A stretch of 64,000 nucleotides of DNA from Lachnospiraceae bacterium. Lineage in GTDB: Bacteria; Bacillota; Clostridia; Lachnospirales; Lachnospiraceae. A model generated the notes under the pieces. It made no database searches, was not told the origin of the DNA, and saw only the letters and a list, made by a program, of their open reading frames with translations. The DNA lies in the NCBI GenBank assembly GCA_030523345.1, contig JAUNIR010000004.1:41-64040 (forward strand). Reading direction: 5' to 3'. A program made the translations under genes and the position numbers. This document shows positions 1 to 8,275 of this stretch, in pieces (positions within the stretch are counted from its first letter, which is position 1; the number at the start of each line of letters is the position of its first letter).

Positions 1-14
1 TGAGCTATGGACAC
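1..14 (-). tRNA. 5' end of a second tRNA gene running off the left window edge (identity undetermined)
   Basis: The reverse complement of 1-14 reads GTGTCCA-TA-GCTCA. That is a 7-nt acceptor arm, a U8/A9-type linker and the start of a GCTC D-stem. It lies 52 nt downstream of tRNA-Pro on the same strand. Only 14 nt are visible. Confidence 0.3.
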
Positions 15-65
15 ACATTCCTTTAGGAATTACCTTCTGTGTAAATAAATCTTTACAAACAGAAA

Positions 66-140
<75 letters not shown>

Positions 141-157
141 TTTAACACGCAAGTGAA

Positions 158-186
158 ATTATATAATACTATTGCACAATTGTCAA
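158..186 (-). promoter_or_regulatory. Sigma-A type promoter for the tRNA cluster
   Basis: The minus strand reads TTGACA (186-181), a 17-nt spacer, then TATAAT (163-158). Both hexamers match consensus perfectly. The -10 ends about 17 nt upstream of the tRNA-Pro 5' end. Confidence 0.6.
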
Positions 187-215
187 TCAGTTATATTAAC
201 TATTTTTAACAAAAA

Positions 216-250
216 TTAAAAACGCGGATAAGGTTACTCACCCTCCGCGT
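216..250 (-). terminator. Rho-independent terminator after the GGDEF gene
   Basis: Minus-strand hairpin AACGCGGA / TCCGCGTT with a 15-nt loop, followed by TTTTTAATTTTT. It begins about 30 nt downstream of the stop at 279. Confidence 0.55.
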
Positions 251-278
251 TAAAACCTTATCAAAATTCACTAAAAGC

Positions 279-1367
279 TTAATAAATAACTCTGTTTCTT
301 CCCTGTTCCTTACCGAGGTAAAGCTTTTCATCAGCCTTTGTAATAACCTTATCTATTCCGATATTATCATCGTATTCCTCAAGACCGAACGTCATTGTCA
401 CCTTAATAGGTGTACCATCAAAACTGAACTCATACTTCTCTATAAGGTGAAGTAACTTGCTAATTTCTTCAAAAGCATAATCACCATTTATATTCTCAAG
501 ACTAAATAGGAATTCCTCTCCGCCCCATCTTGCTACCATGCCCTTGCCATCCATGAACTCATTCATGATTTTAGCAAGCGTCTCAAGTACATAGTCTCCT
601 GCATCGTGACCGTATGTATCATTGATATGCTTGAAGTAGTCAATGTCACCAATCGCAACTGTGAGCATTCCGCCATTACTCATAATCTCAGAGGAATATT
701 CTTCAATGTGATTAAGCATACCACGTCTATTCTGAAGCTTTGTAAGTGGGTCTGTAGTCGCCAACATTTCAAGCTTCTTAGAATACTTAATTATCTTCTC
801 CTCTGATGCTGAGAACTTTCTTCTGAAGAAGTATGCAAAACATGTAGTTTTGGCAAGAATGTATGCTGTACAGAAGAACGTGAGAACATTGAACTTCGAA
901 AGATCAACATCTATTATACTACCATTTATTCTTATATAGAAAATAAGGAATAAAAGTATAGCTGAACTTATAAACACTGATCCAACCCTGTCAAGTTTTG
1001 TTCCAGCTCCTCTATAAAAGAATATAATAAACAGTACATAAAACTGTGCCTGGAACATAAATGATAGCCCCAATAAAAGCACAAGCACGATACAATTTAT
1101 CGAAAGTGCAACAAAATACATAGGAACAAGAGTCTTCATCTTAACTTTATAAGATAATCCGAACACTCCAACCATTAGTAGTATAAGTAAAGAAGCAGGT
1201 ATACAAACTTCACAGCCATATACTACACCTGTATCAACTGCACCAATTGTTAAGAATAAAATATCAATAAGACAGAGTACACGAACTAAAACCGCAGTTT
1301 CCTTTGGTTCGTTCTCTTCCTGTATCTCCCTATTGATTAACGCTTGAATCTTAGTAAACAACTTCAA
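279..1367 (-). CDS. Membrane-anchored diguanylate cyclase (N-terminal multi-TM region plus GGDEF domain)
   Basis: 362-aa ORF. The N-terminal roughly 180 aa are hydrophobic helices. The C-terminal part carries DPLTKLQNRRG, DIDYFKHINDTYGHDAGD and the active-site motif RWGGEEF. Confidence 0.85.
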   Translation of the reverse strand: MKLFTKIQALINREIQEENEPKETAVLVRVLCLIDILFLTIGAVDTGVVYGCEVCIPASLLILLMVGVFGLSYKVKMKTLVPMYFVALSINCIVLVLLLGLSFMFQAQFYVLFIIFFYRGAGTKLDRVGSVFISSAILLFLIFYIRINGSIIDVDLSKFNVLTFFCTAYILAKTTCFAYFFRRKFSASEEKIIKYSKKLEMLATTDPLTKLQNRRGMLNHIEEYSSEIMSNGGMLTVAIGDIDYFKHINDTYGHDAGDYVLETLAKIMNEFMDGKGMVARWGGEEFLFSLENINGDYAFEEISKLLHLIEKYEFSFDGTPIKVTMTFGLEEYDDNIGIDKVITKADEKLYLGKEQGRNRVIY

Positions 1368-1445
1368 TCCTTCTAAACAAGGCTATAAAACAGCCCAATT
1401 TTATGAGTACATACACCTACAATGTCATTCTACCACAATTAATTA

Positions 1446-1940
1446 CTAAAAAGAATACTTTTTTAACTCGATTTTCGGTTTTTCATCACCCTCTATAGTC
1501 ATAATCATGTACGTAGATTCTCTTCCTGTCTGTCTCGGCTTATCTGTAGACCCAGGATTTGCATATATAACTCCATCTTCTTCCCTAAGGAAAGGAACAT
1601 GAGTATGTCCAAAAAACACGATATCAGCGCCAAAGAGGCCCGCCTTTCTCTTCAACTCGCCTATCCCAGAATTCACATTCTCATAATATCCATGAGTCAC
1701 CAAGATGTGATGGCCTTTAAAATCAAAGTCCACACGTTTACTTAAGTCGCTAAAAATATCGCAATTACCGCTAACCGCATATACCGGAGCATCTGCCATC
1801 TGTGTCAATGTGGCAATTTCCGAACTAATTTCCAAGTCTCCACAATGAATGAGCAAATCAATATCTTTTTCCAAATTAATGATAGCCTGCATTGTTTTCG
1901 TATTTCCATGACTATCGCTTAGCACAAGAACCTTTGCCAT
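1446..1940 (-). CDS. YfcE/MJ0936-family metallophosphoesterase
   Basis: 164 aa with the calcineurin-like motifs LSDSHGN, HCGD, GNCD, VTHG and GHTHVP. Its start overlaps the rdgB stop by 1 nt (TAATG). Confidence 0.85.
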   Translation of the reverse strand: MAKVLVLSDSHGNTKTMQAIINLEKDIDLLIHCGDLEISSEIATLTQMADAPVYAVSGNCDIFSDLSKRVDFDFKGHHILVTHGYYENVNSGIGELKRKAGLFGADIVFFGHTHVPFLREEDGVIYANPGSTDKPRQTGRESTYMIMTIEGDEKPKIELKKYSF

Positions 1941-2542
1941 TAATTAAATACTCCTAGTTCTATTAATCTATCTCTCATAAGTCGTAAAGCTTTTCCTCTG
2001 TGACTTATCTCGTTCTTCTCTTCAGGAGAAATTTCAGCACTTGTCATTCCCCTTTCAGGGAGAAAAAAAATAGGGTCGAATCCAAATCCATTACCACCCG
2101 CTATTTCATGACCTATTATGCCTTCCATTGTGGCTCTAACTGTTTCAATTCGTCCATCTGGGAATGCTGCAGCAATAGCACACACAAATCTAGCTGTTCT
2201 CTTATCCTCTGGAACCCCTTCTAATTTATCAATAATACTCTGATTTTTAACATCATAAGAAGTGTCATGTCCCATATATCTGGCAGAATGGATTCCTGGT
2301 TCCTTGTTGAGATAATCAACTTCAAGTCCTGAATCGTCTGCAAGAGTCAAGCACCCAGAGGCTTCCATTACTGCCTTTGCCTTTAATACCGCATTTTCTT
2401 CATATGTTGTGCCGTTTTCGTCAACTTCTATATCATAGCCAGCTTCTTTCATTGTGATGACTTCTGCCTCTAAGTCTTTAAGAATCTCTTTAACTTCTAC
2501 GACTTTTCCTTTATTTCCTGTTGCAAATAATATTTTTGTCAT
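1940..2542 (-). CDS. rdgB: dITP/XTP pyrophosphatase (RdgB/HAM1 family)
   Basis: 200 aa with ATGNKGK, ADDSGLEVD, FGFDPIF and SHRGKAL, which are diagnostic Ham1/RdgB motifs. Confidence 0.9.
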   Translation of the reverse strand: MTKILFATGNKGKVVEVKEILKDLEAEVITMKEAGYDIEVDENGTTYEENAVLKAKAVMEASGCLTLADDSGLEVDYLNKEPGIHSARYMGHDTSYDVKNQSIIDKLEGVPEDKRTARFVCAIAAAFPDGRIETVRATMEGIIGHEIAGGNGFGFDPIFFLPERGMTSAEISPEEKNEISHRGKALRLMRDRLIELGVFN

Positions 2543-2556
2543 TGTCCTTCCCCTAA

Positions 2557-3714
2557 TTATATTATGTCTGTCTTTGGTCGTTTTGGTGGCTTAGGCCCCA
2601 TAAACATATAGTAATAGGTCTTCATCATACCGTTGTAAATTTTACGGTTTTTGTCAGCCTTTCTTCCCATATACTTTTCAACATCCTGATATCCTGTAAT
2701 TATATATGCACTGAAGCTGTCAAGTCTCTTAAATCCTTCAGCAAATTCTGTATACAACTTAGGTAAAAGTTCTTTATCTCCAATACGCTCACCATATGGT
2801 GGATTTGAAATAATAAAGCCATATTTTTTCGGGTGGTTAAGTTCTGAAACTGGTCTTTTTTGAAAATGAATAAGCTTATCCACACCTGCCATCGCCGCAT
2901 TCTGCTTCGCCGACTTTATTATATCTCCATCAATGTCAAATCCTTGAATATCAGTGTCAATGTCAAGATTAACAAGATCCTCCGCCTCATTCTTAACATC
3001 ATACCAATGCTTTCTCTTAATAAAATTATCCCACTCATTAGAGATAAATGTTCTATTCATTCCAGGTGCAATGTTTGCCGCTATCATGGCGGCTTCTATA
3101 GGAATAGTTCCACTTCCACAGAAAGGATCGATAAGTATTCTGTCGCCTCTCCACGGCGTAAGCATTATCATGGCCGCCGCCAGGTTTTCTGCAACTGGAG
3201 CCTTACTTACAAGCTTCCTATATCCTCTTTTATGAAGAGAATCGCCACTTGTGTCAAGACCGATTGTAACAACATCTTTCATAAGGAATACTCTGAATGG
3301 ATAGCTTGCCCCAGTCTCTGGAAATTGTTCTATACCATACCTTTTTGAAAGACTTTTTACCATAGCCTTTTTTATTATTGACTGAATATCTGATGGTGAA
3401 AAAAGTTTTGAATTTACACTAGCAGCTTTCGCCACCCAGAATTTGCCGTCCTTTGGGACAAATTGTGACCAGTCGATAGCCTCAACTTCATCAAATAGCT
3501 CTGTAAAAGTCGTCGCCTTAAACTCCGCGCACTTAATAAGCACACGTTCCGCTGTCCTTAGGAAAACATTAGCTCTGCATACCGCAGCTTCATCGCCTTT
3601 GAAATATACCTTACCATTTTCCACCTGGCTTATTTCATATCCTAAATCCTGTATTTCTCTTTTAAGCACAGACTCCATGCCAAAATGACATGGAGCTATA
3701 AATTCATATATCAT
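2557..3714 (-). CDS. THUMP-domain class I SAM-dependent RNA methyltransferase (RlmL/YpsC-like)
   Basis: 385 aa. The N-terminal region is THUMP-like. The SAM motif is DPFCGSGTIPIEAA and the catalytic motif IV is SNPPYGERI. Confidence 0.85.
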   Translation of the reverse strand: MIYEFIAPCHFGMESVLKREIQDLGYEISQVENGKVYFKGDEAAVCRANVFLRTAERVLIKCAEFKATTFTELFDEVEAIDWSQFVPKDGKFWVAKAASVNSKLFSPSDIQSIIKKAMVKSLSKRYGIEQFPETGASYPFRVFLMKDVVTIGLDTSGDSLHKRGYRKLVSKAPVAENLAAAMIMLTPWRGDRILIDPFCGSGTIPIEAAMIAANIAPGMNRTFISNEWDNFIKRKHWYDVKNEAEDLVNLDIDTDIQGFDIDGDIIKSAKQNAAMAGVDKLIHFQKRPVSELNHPKKYGFIISNPPYGERIGDKELLPKLYTEFAEGFKRLDSFSAYIITGYQDVEKYMGRKADKNRKIYNGMMKTYYYMFMGPKPPKRPKTDII

Positions 3715-3736
3715 AATTATCCTTAATTGAATCTTA

Positions 3737-4909
3737 TTAGATTCTCGCTACACCTGTTTTCTTAGCTGCTTCTGCCACTGCCTTAGCAACTGCTGGTGTT
3801 ACCTTTTCATTAAATGAATTAGGAATAATGTATTCTGGACAAAGTTCCTCGTCTGAAACAATTGAAGCAATTGCATATGCAGCTGCTAATTTCATTTCAT
3901 CATTAATGTCACTAGCTCTTACATCAAGAGCTCCTCTAAATATTCCTGGGAAAGCAAGAACATTATTAATCTGGTTAGGGAAGTCTGAACGTCCTGTTCC
4001 CATAACTGCTACGCCCGCCTTTTTAGCCTCCTCTGGCATAATCTCTGGGACTGGGTTAGCCATCGCAAGAACAATAGGATCCTTAGCCATTGTTTCTACC
4101 ATTTCAGCTGTAAGAACACCTGGTGCAGATACGCCGATAAATACATCTGCTCCCTTAATAACATCTGCAAGATCACCCTGCTTTTTATCAAGATTAGAAA
4201 TCTTAGCCATCTCTGCTTTAATAGGATTAAGACCATCTCTACCATCATAGATAGCTCCCTTTGTATCACAGAGAACTACATTCTTAAGACCTGTCTTCAT
4301 AAGAAGCTTAGTGATTGCAATTCCTGCAGCACCAGATCCGTTAACTACTACCTCAATATCTTCGATTTTCTTATTAACAAGCTTTAACGCATTAATCATT
4401 GCTGAAAGAACTACAACTGCTGTTCCGTGCTGGTCATCATGGAAGATAGGAATATCACAACGTTCCTTGAGTTTCTTTTCAATTTCAAAGCATCTTGGTG
4501 CAGCTATATCTTCAAGATTTACTCCTCCGAAAGATCCTGCAAGAAGTGCCACTGTGTTAACTATTTCATCTACATCCTTAGAGCGAACACAGAGAGGAAA
4601 TGCATCAACATTACCAAATCTCTTAAAGAGTACACACTTACCTTCCATAACAGGCATTCCAGCTTCTGGGCCAATATCTCCAAGGCCTAAAACTGCTGTA
4701 CCATCTGTGACTACTGCCACAAGATTTCCTCTACGTGTGTATGTATAAGAAAGATCCACATCATCACTAATTTTAAGACATGGCTCTGCAACACCTGGTG
4801 TATATGCTACAGAAAGGTCATCCATAGTATTTACTTCACAACGAAGTCCGAGTTCAATTTTACCGTTCCACTCTTCATGCTTTTTTAAAGCAAATTCTTT
4901 CTTATCCAT
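3737..4909 (-). CDS. NAD(P)-dependent malic enzyme (short, about 390-aa type)
   Basis: The ORF carries YTPGVA, VVTDGTAVLGLGDIG, FGGVNLEDI and the Rossmann motif NGSGAAGIA. It is followed by the typical C-terminal malic-enzyme NAD domain. Confidence 0.9.
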   Translation of the reverse strand: MDKKEFALKKHEEWNGKIELGLRCEVNTMDDLSVAYTPGVAEPCLKISDDVDLSYTYTRRGNLVAVVTDGTAVLGLGDIGPEAGMPVMEGKCVLFKRFGNVDAFPLCVRSKDVDEIVNTVALLAGSFGGVNLEDIAAPRCFEIEKKLKERCDIPIFHDDQHGTAVVVLSAMINALKLVNKKIEDIEVVVNGSGAAGIAITKLLMKTGLKNVVLCDTKGAIYDGRDGLNPIKAEMAKISNLDKKQGDLADVIKGADVFIGVSAPGVLTAEMVETMAKDPIVLAMANPVPEIMPEEAKKAGVAVMGTGRSDFPNQINNVLAFPGIFRGALDVRASDINDEMKLAAAYAIASIVSDEELCPEYIIPNSFNEKVTPAVAKAVAEAAKKTGVARI

Positions 4910-5042
4910 CTTAAAGCTCCTTTATATTTAATTAATAATAAAATCAACTTAAGCCTCACACTCTTAGCGCAAAACTCCATCGATTATTCTATCATATTTT
5001 ATTAATTGTTTATAGGGATAAATAAAGAATAAAAGAAACTTC

Positions 5043-5156
5043 CAGATAAAAGTAAGGTAGCCCGACAGGGGAACTGGCGGGCTACGATGAGGGGAGTATA
5101 AATAATTAATAAGGGGTTGTAAATGAACACCATTGAAGGGTTGGTGCCCAATCACA
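5043..5156 (-). ncRNA. Candidate small RNA or leader of about 115 nt with four C-rich motifs (RsaE/RoxS-like architecture)
   Basis: Bounded by a near-consensus promoter (5162-5190) and a GC-rich hairpin (5056-5084, GTAGCCCG / CGGGCTAC) followed by CUUACUUUUAUC. The minus-strand RNA carries ACCCUUC, ACCCCUU, CUCCCCUC and UUCCCCUG. Boundaries are inferred and there is no expression data. Confidence 0.25.
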
Positions 5157-5161
5157 ATACT

Positions 5162-5190
5162 GATTATATGTACAAAAAACGCATAAATCA
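5162..5190 (-). promoter_or_regulatory. Sigma-A type promoter in the rsmF to malic enzyme spacer
   Basis: The minus strand reads TTGATT (5190-5185), a 17-nt spacer, then TATAAT (5167-5162). Confidence 0.5.
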
Positions 5191-5302
5191 AGGCTTTTTT
5201 TAAAATAGTATTTAACTTTTTTTCTAACACAAGGTGTTGTGCCAAATTATGTAAATCTTACTTTTGACTCATGCGGTCGGTTTACATAACTGTATATTTT
5301 AC

Positions 5303-6811
5303 CTATTTTAGACTCTTTCTTAACCCTTTTGGATAGTGATTTTTCATAATATTATTTGTAATTTTTCCCCATCCTATAGAAAAATTATCAAAAAACACTA
5401 CATACCACCCGTTATAATTACTTTTTTTACAGTTTTTACAGTGGATTTCGTCTTCTACTATATTAAATGTCTCTCCATTTACATATTTATATGCATTAAT
5501 GTCATCAGACTTAACCGTATAATAGTTACAAATCTCTTCTTTTTTTAATGATTTTGCTAACGCGTGACCTGGTTCAAATCTATTTTTAAGTATAGTGCCA
5601 AGATGTAAGCCTGGTCTTATAACTTTTATTCCTTTTAGTGAAGGGCACTCCTTTGGAAGTAAATATATTTGATCCTTAAATCTTGTAAGGCGTCTTTCTT
5701 CCATATAATTAATGAATCCAGTGTCTTCACAAGGACTATCCGTAAAAGTTTCGTCCATGAAAGAAAACATATCTTTAAGTTCTGCCCTGTCCTTTTTCGT
5801 AACATCCGGCTCATAGCCACAAACTGGCGGAACTTTTACTACCTTTTCTATCTTGTTTTTTTCTTCCTTCTGAGTACCATTCTCGCTTTGAGAAGTCTGA
5901 ATCTTTTTCAGCAACTTGCATACAAAATGACCTTCGCCTTTAACTTTATGAGGAAATAGTCTTATTCCTATGTTATCAAATCCTCTTACCATTCCCTCAT
6001 AGACTTCCATGTCTGAAAGCTCAAATTCTGTATGTCTTACCAAAAAGTCTTTAATCTGATTTTCATTTTCTTCCTTTGAGAAAGTACACGTAGAATACAC
6101 TAATACCCCACCATCTCTTAGCATTGTTGCCGCTTCATCAAGTATCCATTCCTGTCTATCGGCGCACAATTTAACATTATCAATAGACCATTCATTTACT
6201 GCGGTCTCTGATCTTCTGAACATGCCTTCTCCAGAACATGGAGCATCTACTAATACTTTATCAAAGAAACCAGCGAATTTATCTGATATATTACGTGGAT
6301 CTTCGCTGATAACGAGGGCATTCCTCACACCCATTCTCTCTATATTCTCTGAAAGAATTCTAGCCCTGTCTGGCATTATCTCATTAGATATAAGAATTCC
6401 TTCTCCTTTTAGTTTACCTGCAATCTGAGTACTTTTGCCACCTGGTGCCGCGCACAAATCAAGAACTCTGTCTCCTTTTTCAATCGACAGATACTCTACT
6501 GGAGACATTGCAGAAGGTTCCTGAATATAATACGCTCCGGCTTCATGGTATGGATGTTTTCCCGGTCTTACTACATCGTTATACGGATGTATTTCTGTTT
6601 TCGCTTCCATGCCTTCATAAATATATCCATCTTCGCACCACGGAACCTTATTTAGCTTACTACAAATAGCACCGAGAGTATCTCCCGGTGCTAATGTATT
6701 AAGCCTTAGAGCTTTAATCTCTTGATCTTCGTATGAGGCTAAAAACGCCTCATACTCATCTCCAAGATATTCTTTCATTCTATTCAAGAATTCATTTGGT
6801 AAATTCATCAT
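5303..6811 (-). CDS. RsmB/RsmF-family rRNA cytosine-C5 methyltransferase with C-terminal extension
   Basis: 502 aa with DLCAAPGGKSTQ (SAM binding), DAPCSGEGMFRR and YSTCTFSKEENE. These hold the two catalytic Cys motifs of the NOL1/NOP2/Sun family. Confidence 0.85.
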   Translation of the reverse strand: MMNLPNEFLNRMKEYLGDEYEAFLASYEDQEIKALRLNTLAPGDTLGAICSKLNKVPWCEDGYIYEGMEAKTEIHPYNDVVRPGKHPYHEAGAYYIQEPSAMSPVEYLSIEKGDRVLDLCAAPGGKSTQIAGKLKGEGILISNEIMPDRARILSENIERMGVRNALVISEDPRNISDKFAGFFDKVLVDAPCSGEGMFRRSETAVNEWSIDNVKLCADRQEWILDEAATMLRDGGVLVYSTCTFSKEENENQIKDFLVRHTEFELSDMEVYEGMVRGFDNIGIRLFPHKVKGEGHFVCKLLKKIQTSQSENGTQKEEKNKIEKVVKVPPVCGYEPDVTKKDRAELKDMFSFMDETFTDSPCEDTGFINYMEERRLTRFKDQIYLLPKECPSLKGIKVIRPGLHLGTILKNRFEPGHALAKSLKKEEICNYYTVKSDDINAYKYVNGETFNIVEDEIHCKNCKKSNYNGWYVVFFDNFSIGWGKITNNIMKNHYPKGLRKSLK

Positions 6812-6848
6812 TTATAGATTTATATTCTAAATTCTACCAGTGCTTGTT

Positions 6849-8186
6849 TTACACTTCCATATTAGCTGACTCTTCACCCTTAGCATCAAATGTGTAATCC
6901 TTACCAGGGAGAATTGCATTAAGAATAATACCAACAAGTGAACCAACTGCAAGACCTGAAAGTGAAATATTAGCTGCACCAATTGTAAAGCTGATTGCAC
7001 CTATTGATGAATAGCTGATACCAATTGAAAGTACAAGGATAAGTGCTGCAATAATAACATTTCTGTTGTTCTTGAAGTCAACCTGATTTTCAACTACGTT
7101 TCTTACACCTACAGCTGAAATCATACCGTAAAGTACGATTGATACACCACCTACTGTTGCTGCTGGCATTGATGAAACAAGTGCTGCAAACTTAGGTGAG
7201 AATGAGAAAATAATAGCAAAAATTGCTGCAAGTCTAATTACCATTGGATCGTAAACCTTTGTAAGGTTAAGAACACCTGTGTTCTCGCCGTATGTTGTAT
7301 TAGCTGGTGCTCCAAATAATGATGCAAGCATTGTTGCAAGACCATCTCCAAGAAGTGTTCTGTGAAGACCTGGATCTTTAATATAATTTTCTCCAACTGT
7401 TGATGAAATTGCCGACATATCTCCAATATGCTCAACGATTGTAGCAATAGCGATAGGCATAATACCAATAATAGCTGAAGCAATCAAGCTTGAATTAGGA
7501 TTAGCAAAAATTGAGAATACTGTATCCTGCATAGCAAAAGGTGCTCCAATCCATGCTGCTTCCTTAACTGTTGTGAAATCTACCTGACCGCAAATTACAC
7601 CAACTACATATGATGCAATTACGCCAAGAATAATAGGAATAATCTTAACCATTCCTTTACCCCAGATATTACAAGCTACTATAACAACAATTGCAACAAT
7701 AGCTACAAACCAGTTAGCTGAACAGTTATTAATAGCCGAAGGCGATAAGTTAAGACCAATAGCCATGATAATAGGACCTGTAACAATTGGTGGGAAGAAC
7801 TGCATAACCTTCTGTACACCGAAAGCTTTAATAAGTCCTGCAATTACTAAATAAAGTAATGCTGCAAAGAATACTCCAAGACATGCGTAAGGAAGTAATT
7901 CTCTCTCCCCATTTGGAGCTATAGCTGCATATCCACCAATAAAAGCAAAACTTGAACCGAGGAATGCTGGTACTTTTTTCTTAGTAAGGAAATGGAAAAG
8001 TAAAGTTCCAAGACCTGCAAATAAAAGTGTTGCTGATACAGATAAACCTGTAAGCGCTGGCACTAAAACAGTAGCACCAAACATAGCAAACATGTGCTGA
8101 AGTCCTAATAAAAGAACCTTTGGTGTGCCAAGAGTTCTCGCATCGCGAATGCCCTCTGCACCGATTTCGTTTTTAATGTCTGACAT
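6849..8186 (-). CDS. NCS2-family uracil/xanthine permease
   Basis: 445 aa and polytopic. Motifs LGLQHMFAMFGATVLVP and NTTYGENTGVLNLTKVYDP are typical of UraA/PyrP-type transporters. Confidence 0.85.
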   Translation of the reverse strand: MSDIKNEIGAEGIRDARTLGTPKVLLLGLQHMFAMFGATVLVPALTGLSVSATLLFAGLGTLLFHFLTKKKVPAFLGSSFAFIGGYAAIAPNGERELLPYACLGVFFAALLYLVIAGLIKAFGVQKVMQFFPPIVTGPIIMAIGLNLSPSAINNCSANWFVAIVAIVVIVACNIWGKGMVKIIPIILGVIASYVVGVICGQVDFTTVKEAAWIGAPFAMQDTVFSIFANPNSSLIASAIIGIMPIAIATIVEHIGDMSAISSTVGENYIKDPGLHRTLLGDGLATMLASLFGAPANTTYGENTGVLNLTKVYDPMVIRLAAIFAIIFSFSPKFAALVSSMPAATVGGVSIVLYGMISAVGVRNVVENQVDFKNNRNVIIAALILVLSIGISYSSIGAISFTIGAANISLSGLAVGSLVGIILNAILPGKDYTFDAKGEESANMEV

Positions 8187-8240
8187 AACGTCCCTCCCAT
8201 AATTAAAAATTAAATCAATAAGCAGAACTATTTCTACCTA

Positions 8241-8272
8241 TAAAAAAGGCTGTTCATAACTGAACAGCCTTT
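8241..8272 (-). terminator. Rho-independent terminator after the NhaC gene
   Basis: Minus-strand hairpin AAGGCTGTTCA-GTTA-TGAACAGCCTT followed by TTTTAT, immediately downstream of the stop at 8276. Confidence 0.7.
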
Positions 8273-8275
8273 AAA

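Noticed and set aside
3828-4748. Long plus-strand ORFs (140, 145 and 87 aa) antisense to the malic enzyme gene. Similar antisense ORFs lie inside nhaC, mgtE, htpG, clpB, trxB, the PBP gene and others.
   Set aside because: They lie wholly inside well-supported minus-strand genes. Their products are low-complexity and rich in Ser, Leu and Ile, with no motifs. Such shadow ORFs are expected opposite long genes. No RBS or start context supports them.
5122-5202. 26-aa plus-strand ORF (MNTIEGLVPNHNTDYMYKKRINQGFF) preceded by AAGGGG.
   Set aside because: The apparent RBS is just the complement of one of the C-rich motifs of the minus-strand RNA candidate. There is no plus-strand promoter and nothing recognisable in the peptide. 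I keep it only as an alternative explanation.
4964-5245. 93-aa minus-strand ORF in the rsmF to malic enzyme spacer.
   Set aside because: It starts upstream of, and runs straight through, the strong promoter and the hairpin. Its composition is odd (Ile, Phe, Leu and Tyr rich), it has no convincing RBS and no recognisable motif. It is more likely non-coding (see the sRNA/leader finding).
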